Assembly: GCA_963845245.1 (NCBI GenBank)
Contig: CAWJRJ010000016.1
Span: forward strand, 64,001-128,000
Direction: 5' to 3'
Origin: Nitrospirota bacterium
GTDB taxonomy: Bacteria; Nitrospirota; JACRHJ01
DNA: 64,000 nt
Made by a program: the position numbers and the translations under genes
Part shown: piece after piece, positions 52,147 to 61,339 of the stretch
How positions within the stretch are numbered: position 1 is the stretch's first letter
How the letters are laid out: every line of letters starts with the position of its first letter
The notes under the pieces: generated by a model
What the model saw: the letters and a program-made list of their open reading frames with translations, nothing else
What the model was told of the DNA's origin: nothing
Databases searched by the model: none

Positions 52147-52374
52147 GTGCATAAATGCTTTAAAGATGAGATAAGTTATCAAATGAAAACTCACCTGAAC
52201 AGGTATACGAAGGTGAGTGTCGTTACGGAAGGGGATGACGCCCTACGTGTTAGTTACGAAGGGTCATGCTTTATCTGCGGGGCTCCCATAACTGTACACA
52301 AATTATGGCAATGTCATGCATCTAAAATCCCCTCCTCTATAAAGGGCCGGTTAGTTTGTGGCCAGCACGGTTGA
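52147..52374 (+). CDS. Small Cys-rich hypothetical protein
   Basis: Upstream TTGACA (52080) and TATTAT; AAGGGGA RBS; CFICG..CH..CGQH. Confidence 0.45.
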   Translation: MHKCFKDEISYQMKTHLNRYTKVSVVTEGDDALRVSYEGSCFICGAPITVHKLWQCHASKIPSSIKGRLVCGQHG

Positions 52375-52772
52375 TTCATTTACTGTTGTTTGATTACATA
52401 CCCTTTTGTCACTCCCCCACCGTGGCACCTTCCCTATTCCCCTCGCCTCACGGGAGAGGGGACACAGGGGTGAGGGGTTACCACAATAACGCCTCACGAC
52501 TCACCATAAATTTGATGAATCACATTTAACCGCGCATTAACCGTCCCTTAACAATGATTGTGATAAGCTTCAGAAGATGGGGGCGGCGGTTGTTATCTGC
52601 CTTTTTTACTGCGTGGTTGTCTTCCTGTTGCGCGCAGTATTCAACGTACCGAATATGTTAATAGGTAACAACAGCCCCGCCCACCATTTTATCAGGAAAG
52701 GAGGGATGCCATGCACCCACCGAGTACCCCTTGCTAAGCCTCGGTACGGTATCGGTTGAGGGGTTACCACAT

Positions 52773-52803
52773 AAAAAAACGGGGACCTTTGCGGGTCCCC
52801 GTT
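52773..52803 (-). terminator. Intrinsic terminator
   Basis: A-tract then ACGGGGACCT-TTGC-GGGTCCCCGT; near-identical to 58303-58332. Confidence 0.75.
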
Positions 52804-52826
52804 CCTGTTGATTCAAAACCTCTCCC

Positions 52827-53098
52827 TTACTTCTTCTCTTCCACCGCCGGAGCAGCGATCTCTGCCGCTTTGGCTTTTGTCTTCTTCGCTTTCTTCGCTT
52901 TGGCCTTCACTTCCACCGTGCTCTCATTGGCAGGTATGACGTGTCGCGGGGTAAAAGGTACATCTGGGCATACGAACGGCTTTGTGGTCACAGACGTGGT
53001 AGCTGTATACGCGCACGTATTGCCTGCCGCGAATGCCGCCGTCGAGGTAAATACCGCGAGAATAACCGCTGCGCTGCTGACAACTTCCTTAATACCAT
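52827..53098 (-). CDS. Small secreted protein with a Lys/Ala-rich tail; frameshift near the start; not in the ORF track
   Basis: AAGGAG RBS; MVLRKLSA then AAVILAVFTSTAAFAAGNTC...C...KAKAKKAKKTKAKAAEIAAPAVEEKK; followed by a terminator. Confidence 0.6.
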
Positions 53099-53338
53099 AA
53101 AACTCTCCTTCTGAAACGGTTTTGCCTGTTTGGAGCCATAGCTTCCACTCTACGTATCGGGCATGACTTTGTCAATGGTATTGTGTTTAATTCCCCTCTC
53201 CCTCTGTGGCACCATCATTTAACTTCCCCCTTAAGATAAGGGGGATAGAGGGGGTTATGAAAAACTTCCTCCCCACCTGCGGGGGAGGGCAGGGTGGGGG
53301 CTGGGAGAGGGGATACAGGGGTGAGGGGTTACCACTAG

Positions 53339-53833
53339 TTAAATCATGTCGCCTTCCCAACCTTTCTCAAGGTAGTAGCCGCTCCCGACAACCCAACCGA
53401 ACGGTTTAAACGGGAGCACAAACGACCTTTTGGGCTGGGGTGAGGTCGCCCCCATCTTCTCGAACCAGTAGTCGTAATACCCGCCGCCGTCTTTAGCTAT
53501 TGCCAGCGCTTCCTTAATGATGTACGCGCCCATAGCGTCTTTGGTTTCGAGACGGTTCTTGCCCTCCAGGTCTTTTCGTCCGTAGAGGACCACATTGACG
53601 CCTTCCTCCGTGTCGGCCCAGATGTATCCGTCGACCCCGTACCTGATTTCCCGAAGGAGGTCTGCCCCAAGCTTCTTTGCCTGCTCAAGGGTCAATTCCC
53701 CCTTCTTGTGCTTTGCATCGAGCGCATGAAGCATGCTGACCGCGGTCTCCACCTCACACTTTATCACCAGGTCGTCAGTCACAGAACATTTCGGCGTTTC
53801 AGCCTTTGCATTGGCGGATAAGCTCCTTTTCAT
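53339..53833 (-). CDS. Stand-alone single Cache (sCache_2) domain protein
   Basis: LEQAKK...IRYG.DGYIW...GKNR...D..G...GGYYDYWF.K...PKRS...WVVGSG.Y. Confidence 0.85.
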   Translation of the reverse strand: MKRSLSANAKAETPKCSVTDDLVIKCEVETAVSMLHALDAKHKKGELTLEQAKKLGADLLREIRYGVDGYIWADTEEGVNVVLYGRKDLEGKNRLETKDAMGAYIIKEALAIAKDGGGYYDYWFEKMGATSPQPKRSFVLPFKPFGWVVGSGYYLEKGWEGDMI

Positions 53834-53967
53834 GAGTTCGCCTCCTCTCGTTTCCATCCGTTATTCATTCATAACTTCCCCCCTCGCCCTCCGTGGTAAC
53901 TACCATTATCCCTCGCCCACTTGCGGGAGAGGGGCAGGGGGTGAGGGCTAGAGGGGGCGTTACTTAC

Positions 53968-54375
53968 TTACGGCAGCTCCGCAACCATCTTCATGAACTC
54001 GTCTTCCGTGAACAGCCGGTGCGTCTCGGATCGGGCGTTCCCGACAGAGGCGACGGTGAGGACTATCTTCGCGACAGATTCGTCGTCGGGGGCTTCCAGT
54101 AATACCATGGTGTCGAACTGGCTCCCGAGTATCCCATGGAAGGATTTGAACACCCCGCCGTTGGCTTTGATTGCTTTTTTCACCCCTTCCAGCCTGGCCG
54201 GGGAATTCTTTATGGTCTTGACTCCCTGTTCCGTGAAACCGAAGAAAACCACATAGGTATGCATCGCTGGACTCTCCTTTTTCGTTTCGTTATCGGTGGC
54301 CGCAAATCCGGGCATAGGGCTACATAACGCGAACAAAAAAACCAAGGCTAGCGCTCCCATCATGATCGTCTTCAT
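53968..54375 (-). CDS. GYD domain protein with an N-terminal signal peptide
   Basis: FTEQGVKTIK.SP.R, LGSQFD, EAPDDE, GNARSET. Confidence 0.82.
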   Translation of the reverse strand: MKTIMMGALALVFLFALCSPMPGFAATDNETKKESPAMHTYVVFFGFTEQGVKTIKNSPARLEGVKKAIKANGGVFKSFHGILGSQFDTMVLLEAPDDESVAKIVLTVASVGNARSETHRLFTEDEFMKMVAELP

Positions 54376-54577
54376 GTTCCCTCCTTGATACAGGTTTACC
54401 CACGTAATACCTTAAATCTATCTTTAAGCGCGGGAACTGTCAAACCGGTGTTTTTTGCCGGGGAGGGCAGGGTGAGGGGATGTACTCTCCCCCTCCCAAC
54501 CAGTCTTTTATATTTGTGATATATTTAACATTATTATCTGGTTAAAACATAACACATCCCACAAGTAAGGGTGCCGT

Positions 54578-57550
54578 ATGGACTCTGAACGAAAGATCAA
54601 AGTGGACGTTGAAGAGCCCGCTATCTATCGTTATGATGACATACTTCCCGCCGATTCCGCACTGTTGGCGGAACTGCTTTCGGCGACCGAGATACAGCAG
54701 TTGTTCGAGTCGTATTACAACCTCATCAAGATACCCGTCGCCATCATAGACCTCAATGCCAATGTCCTTCTCTCGTCCCGCTGGCAGCGCATCTGCACCC
54801 AGTTCCACCGGAAACACCCTGTGACGTGCGCCCGCTGTCTGGATAGCGACAAGCAGTTGGCGCTGCAACTGCAGGAAGGCAAGACCTACACGGTCTATTC
54901 CTGTAAGAATGGCCTGACCGACTGCGCCTCGCCGATCATCATCGAAGGAAAGCATGTTGCCAACGTCTTTATCGGCCAGTTCATGACCAAGGAGCCCGAT
55001 GAGGCCTGGTTCCGGCGGCAGGCCGATGAGTTCGGTTTTGATGTCCCCGATTATATCGCCGCCCTTCGCGAAGTCCCCGTTGTGGATACGCAGAAGGTCC
55101 CGGTTATTCAGGAGCTGCTGGTCCGCATGACCCGGTTGCTTACCAACCTCAGCATCGACCGCAAACGCGCTGTCGAAAACCAGGCCCGGCAGTCCATCAT
55201 TCTCGATACCATCCCCCAGTCCGTCTTCTGGAAGGACCTAAACGGCAGATACCTCGGCTGCAATGCGCCCTTTGCCAGGGCCGCCGGTCTTGCCACGCCG
55301 GATGATATAATCGGCAAGACCGATTTCGACCTGCCGTGGCCACGCAACGAGGCCGAATCCTACCGCGCCGCCGACCAGGCCGTCATCGCTTCCAACCAAA
55401 GCAAGCTTCACATTATCGAGCCACTTCAGCAGGCCGACGGCTCCCGCATCGTGATCGATACCTCCAAGATCCCGCTCGTCGATAGCGGCAACACCCCCTA
55501 CGGCATAGTCGGCATCTATGAAGACATCACCGAGCGCGAGCGGACGGAAGAGACCCTTCGTGAAAGCGAGGAGAAATTCAAGGCGTTGTTCGAAACGGCA
55601 AACGACTCCATATTCATAATGGACTCGAAAGTATTTGTGGACTGCAACCTAAGGACGGAGGCCATGTTCGGTTGCGCAAAGAATGATATCGTCGGCCACT
55701 CGCCGGCTGAATTCTCGCCGGAGCTGCAACCCGACGGCCGGTTGTCGTCCGAGAAGGCCGCAGAGAAGATACGCGAGGCCTTCGGCGGCGAACCGCAGTT
55801 CTTTGAATGGAAGCATACCCGCATTGATGGCACGCCATTCGATGCAGAGGTAAGCCTGAGCCTGGTAGAATCGGGCGGTTCCTCCTATCTGCAGTCTATC
55901 GTCCGCGACATCACTGAGCGCAAGAGGGCGGAGCAAGCGCTGATAAACGAGGTCGCGGTCACAGGCGCGCTTCTCGAAGCCGCCAACATCACAAGCAAGA
56001 ACCTCGTATGGGACGAAATAGTCGGTAATGTCGCGGCCTTGATACACGGCCTCACGGCCAGCAAAAGTGTTTTTGTAGTACAACTCGTCAGCGACGGGCT
56101 GCTGATGCCTCAATGCGCAGTCGGGCTTTCCGGTGATGCGATTACGCATTTCAACTCTTTTAGGGCCAGGATAAAGGATATAAGATGTTTCAACGACGTG
56201 TTTACCCATAAGATGACGCTCCTGGTGAAGAGAGACGAACTTCAGGGTTATGGGCTTGCTGATCATTCAGGCCCCCTTGGCCTTGAGGAACTGCTGGTCG
56301 TCCCGATACCCGCGAGGGAGGATACGGTAGGTTTTATATGCGTCAACTTCGAGGCCCTGCCGTCTGACTCCAGGGTCATGGCAATTATTGAAGGCATCGC
56401 AAAACAGCTGGGCGTCGCCCACGACAACAGCCGCCTCTATCTGGAAACGCAGAACAAGAGTATAGAACTGGTGAGGTCGCTTGAGACCATGAAGGTGCTG
56501 TCGGAAATCGACCGAAAGATACTCTCCACCCTGGACCGCGACCAGGTCATGTCCGGGTCCATCTCTCAAATACGCCGCATCGTGTCGGCAGACACAGCGG
56601 GTATACTGCTCATCGAAGACGATACCGAACGTCTCGTATTCAGATACGGCTGGAGCCAGAGTTTGAAAACAGGGGATACGATACCCTTCGACTGCTGCCC
56701 AGGCTATCCCTCCATCGGGTCGGGCAGGACACTGGTCCGCAAGAACATCGCCGAAGAGGCGACTCTGTCCGGTATGGACAGAGGCCTGCTCGATGGCGGG
56801 ATAAAGTCTGACATATTCGTGCCCATCATCTGCAAGGATAAGGGGATAGGGCTTCTCCACATCGGGAGCTATCGTGTCGCCGGCTTCTCGCTTGAAGACG
56901 TCAGGACCATTGAGAACCTGGCCGCACAGCTAGGTATCGCCCTCTCTAATGCAAGCCTCCTGTCCGACCTCGAAGACCTTATCATCAACATGGTAACCTC
57001 GTTCGCCTCCACAATAGACGCGAAGAGCCCATGGACAAGCGGCCACTCGGCACGTGTTACCATGTATGCTGTGGAGATCGCCCAGAAGATGGGATTGGGC
57101 ATTGCCGATATAGACAGGCTGAAGCTCAGCTGTCTGCTGCACGACATAGGCAAGATAGGGACCAGCGATACCGTACTGGACAAGCCGGAAAAGCTTACGG
57201 TTGACGAGTTCGCGCTCATCAAAAAACACCCGGAGGCGGGCGCAAACATCCTCAAACCGATACGACAGTTCAAGGATATAATACCGGTCATACTCCATCA
57301 CCACGAACGCTGGGACGGCAATGGCTACCCCGCCGGGCTTTCGGGTGAGGAGATACCGTTATTGGCGAGGATACTGTGTGTGGCGGACTCGTATGACGCG
57401 ATGATGGCGGACAGGCCTTACAGGCCATCGCCCGGAGTGGAGTTCACAATAGCAGAGTTCAGACGATGCTCAGGCACCCAGTTCGACCCCATGGTTGTGG
57501 ACGCATTCTTATGGGTTTTATTGATGGGGGATAAGCCGGAGGCCGCGTAG
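54578..57550 (+). CDS. PocR-PAS-PAS-GAF-GAF-HD-GYP c-di-GMP phosphodiesterase
   Basis: PocR ([28 protein letters not shown]); PAS (DITER); [28 protein letters not shown]. Confidence 0.92.
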   Translation: MDSERKIKVDVEEPAIYRYDDILPADSALLAELLSATEIQQLFESYYNLIKIPVAIIDLNANVLLSSRWQRICTQFHRKHPVTCARCLDSDKQLALQLQEGKTYTVYSCKNGLTDCASPIIIEGKHVANVFIGQFMTKEPDEAWFRRQADEFGFDVPDYIAALREVPVVDTQKVPVIQELLVRMTRLLTNLSIDRKRAVENQARQSIILDTIPQSVFWKDLNGRYLGCNAPFARAAGLATPDDIIGKTDFDLPWPRNEAESYRAADQAVIASNQSKLHIIEPLQQADGSRIVIDTSKIPLVDSGNTPYGIVGIYEDITERERTEETLRESEEKFKALFETANDSIFIMDSKVFVDCNLRTEAMFGCAKNDIVGHSPAEFSPELQPDGRLSSEKAAEKIREAFGGEPQFFEWKHTRIDGTPFDAEVSLSLVESGGSSYLQSIVRDITERKRAEQALINEVAVTGALLEAANITSKNLVWDEIVGNVAALIHGLTASKSVFVVQLVSDGLLMPQCAVGLSGDAITHFNSFRARIKDIRCFNDVFTHKMTLLVKRDELQGYGLADHSGPLGLEELLVVPIPAREDTVGFICVNFEALPSDSRVMAIIEGIAKQLGVAHDNSRLYLETQNKSIELVRSLETMKVLSEIDRKILSTLDRDQVMSGSISQIRRIVSADTAGILLIEDDTERLVFRYGWSQSLKTGDTIPFDCCPGYPSIGSGRTLVRKNIAEEATLSGMDRGLLDGGIKSDIFVPIICKDKGIGLLHIGSYRVAGFSLEDVRTIENLAAQLGIALSNASLLSDLEDLIINMVTSFASTIDAKSPWTSGHSARVTMYAVEIAQKMGLGIADIDRLKLSCLLHDIGKIGTSDTVLDKPEKLTVDEFALIKKHPEAGANILKPIRQFKDIIPVILHHHERWDGNGYPAGLSGEEIPLLARILCVADSYDAMMADRPYRPSPGVEFTIAEFRRCSGTQFDPMVVDAFLWVLLMGDKPEAA

Positions 57551-57597
57551 CGCAATTCTAATAACGGCAGGTTATGACCTTGGAAAGGGGCTCTTTC

Positions 57598-58264
57598 ATG
57601 GATGTCATTGAAGCTCTAAACTCACGTTTTACCACACGCGCCTTTAAGCATGACCCAATCGACCGCAGCACGTTAGAGAAGGTCATGGCGGCGGCGCTCA
57701 AGGCGCCTTCCTGGGCAAATACCCAGCCGTGGGAAATATATGTAGCAGGCGGCGAGGTATTGAACAGGGTGCGCGAGGCCTATGTGAAAAACCTGAAAAA
57801 CTGCGTGGAGCGCAACCCAGACATCGCCATACCGAAAGAATGGCCGCCGGTGCTCCTGAAACGGATGCAGGACCTGAAGTCCGAACGCATGGAGGCCATA
57901 GAACGGGTCTGTCCGGTTAAGGCTGAAATCAAGGACCTGATGGAAGTGAACTATTATTTCTTCGATGCGCCAGTGGTCGCATACATCTGCATGGACCGTA
58001 CGCTTGGTCCCTGGTCGCTCTTTGACCTTGGACTTTTCTCCCAGAGCCTCATGCTTGCGGCGCGCCAGTTCGGCATCGACTCAGCCGCCGGCAGTAACCC
58101 TTGCGGCCCATCCGGACATTATCCGCAAGGAACTTGATATCCCGGACGACCTCTCCATTGTCATCGGGATAGCGCTCGGGTATGCGGATGCCGGACATCC
58201 TCAGAACAAGTTTCGAAGCACCAGAAGGTCCGTCCAGGAGGCCGTCACGTTCAAGGGGCTATAG
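57598..58264 (+). CDS. Nitroreductase family protein; frameshift near 58095
   Basis: R.TTRAF, APSWANTQPW, FFDAP, DLG...MLAA, IALGY. Confidence 0.9.
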
Positions 58265-58302
58265 CGCGTACTTACTCTTGCCCCATATTGTACCTGCAAT
58301 AT

Positions 58303-58332
58303 AAAAACGGGGACCCTTGCGGGTCCCCGTTT
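58303..58332. terminator. Bidirectional terminator
   Basis: AAAAACGGGGACCC-TTGC-GGGTCCCCGTTT between convergent genes. Confidence 0.8.
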
Positions 58333-58358
58333 CTCTGTGCATAACTCCCCCGGCTTCG

Positions 58359-58392
58359 CCTCCCCGCATGCGGGGGAGGGTAGGGTGTGGGG
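58359..58392. repeat. Family A REP-like repeat
   Basis: CCTCCCCGCATGCGGGGGAGGGTAGGGTGTGGGG. Confidence 0.6.
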
Positions 58393-58394
58393 GA

Positions 58395-59609
58395 TTACTT
58401 CCCGTGTTCCTTCCTCAACGCGGCCGCCTCTTCCTTTATATCCGCGAGGTCGCGCTTCATCTCCGCCCAGCCGTACCAGTGCATGTAGTCCGGGTTCATG
58501 TGGAACGCGCCCTGGAACGTGCGCATCCTGTGCTCCAGGAGCATCACGTAGAGCTTCTGCTCTATCTCGGTCGGCGCATCGTAGAACGTAAGCAGGTCGA
58601 CGGTGAACGGGGCGTCCTTGGGCTTCTCCAGTATCCCGTCCTTATACAGGCCGTTTACGGTCGTTATGGCCTCCGCCATCAGCTTGTCGGACTCCTTTAT
58701 TATCTGGTCCGCCTTTGCCAGCTCGTTCTTCGCATAAACTTCGGCATGGCACCTGGAGCAGACCTTTATCATCTTGTCCCTCGGGACTTGCCATTCCTCC
58801 TTCGTGAGCCTTGCAACCTTCCCGGCCTTCACCACATCCAGTCTGGCGGTAGGCTTGCCTTCCGCGTCCAGGATGTCCAGCGCCTGGAGTATGATGACCC
58901 TGTTGGCCATCCATTCCGGGTCGTCCTCCGGGAGCCTGAGGGCAAGGAAGCCCCAGCTGGTTATGACGCCGTGGTCGCCTTCGTTCATGTGGCAGGTCTG
59001 GCAGGTAGGCGCGCGGCCTGTGTTATTGGCCCTCTCCATCGCGAATATCATGCCGTGCTTGGAGGTGCCCCACATCTCCCACTGCGGGTGGTCGAATCCC
59101 ATGTGGCAGGTGCCGCAGGCCTCGGGCTGCTTGGCCTCTTCCTTGGAGAACCTGTGTCTGGTGTGGCATGAGTCACACTTGCCGCCCTCATAACCCACTC
59201 TGTGGCAGCCGCCGCAACCTTTCATGCCTTCCATTATCTCATGTGGCTGCGAGCCCGTCTTCGGCATCGCCATCAGGGCCACCCATGCTGCGGAATGCTT
59301 GCCGTTATTGAACTGCTCCACCTGCTTGCCGTGGCACGGTTTGCATGTGGCAGCGGTCGGCATCGTCGCCTTGGCGAAGTCGGTAGCAGTCTTGTGCTCA
59401 TTGCCGTGGCATTTGTCGCAGGCGAAAAGCGGCGACATCTTGCACGACTTCCAGTCGGCGACTATCTGCGGCGTTACCTTCTCATGGCATGTCACGCACG
59501 CGTTTATCACCGGCTTCTTCGCAGCCGCATAAGCCTGGCTGCCGAGTGTGACGGCAAAGAGCGCCGCCATTAATACTATGACCGTCCCCGCTAATCCTTT
59601 AGACGTCAT
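58395..59609 (-). CDS. Octaheme cytochrome c, hydroxylamine oxidoreductase (HAO) family
   Basis: Start MTSKGLAG with RBS and signal peptide; 8 CxxCH; CDSCHTRHRFS, CGTCHMGFDHPQWE, PTCQTCHM, GAFHMNPDYMHWYGW. Confidence 0.9.
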   Translation of the reverse strand: MTSKGLAGTVIVLMAALFAVTLGSQAYAAAKKPVINACVTCHEKVTPQIVADWKSCKMSPLFACDKCHGNEHKTATDFAKATMPTAATCKPCHGKQVEQFNNGKHSAAWVALMAMPKTGSQPHEIMEGMKGCGGCHRVGYEGGKCDSCHTRHRFSKEEAKQPEACGTCHMGFDHPQWEMWGTSKHGMIFAMERANNTGRAPTCQTCHMNEGDHGVITSWGFLALRLPEDDPEWMANRVIILQALDILDAEGKPTARLDVVKAGKVARLTKEEWQVPRDKMIKVCSRCHAEVYAKNELAKADQIIKESDKLMAEAITTVNGLYKDGILEKPKDAPFTVDLLTFYDAPTEIEQKLYVMLLEHRMRTFQGAFHMNPDYMHWYGWAEMKRDLADIKEEAAALRKEHGK

Positions 59610-59623
59610 CCTTGACCTCCTCT

Positions 59624-60361
59624 TCAATAACGGACCAATATGCGGGCGATATTCCCGCCTGCAATCCTGGAGACCTCCTCGTCCGTAATGCTGGGGATAT
59701 CCCTGATCTTTTCCACCTCCCTGTGCATCTTTATATATGGTGAGTCGCTGCCTGAAACAAACCTGTGCGCGCCGACCTCCTTTACCGCATGTGCCAGCCT
59801 CTTCAGGTTGAAGTATCCGGTAGTACCGAGGTATATGTTCGATGCGGCCTTTGCCGCCGCTACCGATTCGTCTATAAGGCTTATGTGCGCCATAATAATC
59901 TTCAGGTCCGTGAATTCCGTCGCAAGTTTTGCAAACCTTGACGGCGGCGACATCTTCTTGCAGCTGTCGAATATCACGGGCATGCCCATCTCGCTTGCAG
60001 CCGCAAGTATGTCGTACAGCCACTGGTTGTCTAAATAGAAGTTCTGGCTTGTCGGGTGCAGTTTTATGCCTCTCAGGCCAAGCTTCCTTGCCGAACGCTC
60101 AAGCTCCATCAACGCCCTTTCCCCGTAGTTCGGGTCGAGGCGGCAGAACCCTGTGAGCCTGTCCGGGTGCATTTTTACTGCAGACGCTATATAATCGTTG
60201 CAGCGTGAGAAAGAGATGCCAGGATTTTCCTCGTTGAACGGGAAGACTATCGCACGTTCAATGCCCGCGTTGTCCATGGCTGCGAGTATCTCATCAGGGC
60301 TCTGGCTCTTCCCGTCACCCTTGTCAGGGCCGCCCAGGTGGTTATGTGCATCTACCAGCAA
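59624..60361 (-). CDS. Amidohydrolase_2 family metallohydrolase
   Basis: VDAHNH, GIKLHP, IIMAH, SGSDSP; TTG start after GGAGG. Confidence 0.85.
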   Translation of the reverse strand: MLVDAHNHLGGPDKGDGKSQSPDEILAAMDNAGIERAIVFPFNEENPGISFSRCNDYIASAVKMHPDRLTGFCRLDPNYGERALMELERSARKLGLRGIKLHPTSQNFYLDNQWLYDILAAASEMGMPVIFDSCKKMSPPSRFAKLATEFTDLKIIMAHISLIDESVAAAKAASNIYLGTTGYFNLKRLAHAVKEVGAHRFVSGSDSPYIKMHREVEKIRDIPSITDEEVSRIAGGNIARILVRY

Positions 60362-60523
60362 TCGAAAAGCCTCCAAGAGTGTGATTATGAGATAAAATAT
60401 ACCAGATTTTTCATTTTTGGCTTTGGGCTGCATAAGGAAAATATATGATATTTGTCAGGTTTGGCTTTACCTCGGAACGCTTTTCTGGTAGATTGTCGGC
60501 ACAAGTAGTGGGAAACATTAATA

Positions 60524-61339
60524 ATGAAACACAAACTCTCTTTTATAGCGTCCGCCCTGTTATCCTTCTTGATTGGCGGGTGCATGGCGGGTTATAATGT
60601 TTCGGAGCCTTCCCTTGTCTCGGATGGGTTGAAGGTTAAAAACCTGCTGTACCAGCCATCGACTTTGGAGCCAGGCAGAAAATACCCCGGCGTCGTCATC
60701 AACCATGGGGGTATTGAAGGGGTGGAGTTCGAGACCCGCGGTCTGGCCAGGGAACTGGCCGTCAATGGTTTCGTGGCAGTACTTCCTCAGTTTCGCGGGG
60801 AGGTCGGATCCGAGGGCCATTTCGAGTTCTCTGGCGGCGAGGTGGATGACTCGCTTGCCGCACTGGGATATTTGAAAGGGCTCGATTATGTCGATGCGGG
60901 ACGCATAGGGATGGTAGGCTACAGCCTCGGCGGGCTTGTTACTCTAAACGCCCTTGAAAGAGACCCCGGGGTAAAGGCGGCCGTCCTTATGGGCGCAATC
61001 TCGAACCCGGCGGCATTCTATAAAGAAAAATTAAAAAAGAAGCTTCCGGAACCCAATGCCCGGTTTGAAAGGCACAAAAGGGAAATGCAGGAGCGGTCGC
61101 CGCTGGGCGGGCTTGAGAAGGTCAACGCATCCATACTCATCCTCCACGGCGCACGTGATACCCGCGTCAGTCCGGAACAGTCGAAAAAGCTCTACGAAAT
61201 GCTAAAGGCTTCGGGCAAGGACGTTGAAATTATAATTTATCCGTACATAGGCCACAGTATGCTCTGGTATGACCGGCCCGTGGTTGAAACCGTCGAGTTC
61301 CTCAAGGCGCATCTTAGCGTCATGGACAGGCCCCATTGA
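60524..61339 (+). CDS. Lipoprotein alpha/beta hydrolase (S9-like)
   Basis: Lipobox IGGC; HGG, GYSLG nucleophile, HGARD.RV, GH. Confidence 0.85.
   Translation: MKHKLSFIASALLSFLIGGCMAGYNVSEPSLVSDGLKVKNLLYQPSTLEPGRKYPGVVINHGGIEGVEFETRGLARELAVNGFVAVLPQFRGEVGSEGHFEFSGGEVDDSLAALGYLKGLDYVDAGRIGMVGYSLGGLVTLNALERDPGVKAAVLMGAISNPAAFYKEKLKKKLPEPNARFERHKREMQERSPLGGLEKVNASILILHGARDTRVSPEQSKKLYEMLKASGKDVEIIIYPYIGHSMLWYDRPVVETVEFLKAHLSVMDRPH

Larger units (their letters stand above)
52413..54480. repeat. Cluster of family A REP/MITE-like repeats, partly nested
   Basis: Copies at 52439-52484, 52757-52770, 53192-53335, 53878-53947 and 54460-54479. Confidence 0.75.

Noticed and set aside
52413..54480. Integron cassette array or CRISPR
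   Set aside because: No RYYYAAC/GTTRRRY attC pairs, no integrase, no constant-length spacers and no cas genes
59610..60023. N-terminal extension of the octaheme ORF containing CKTCD
   Set aside because: An off-frame overlap with the amidohydrolase; the RBS and signal peptide mark 59609 as the start
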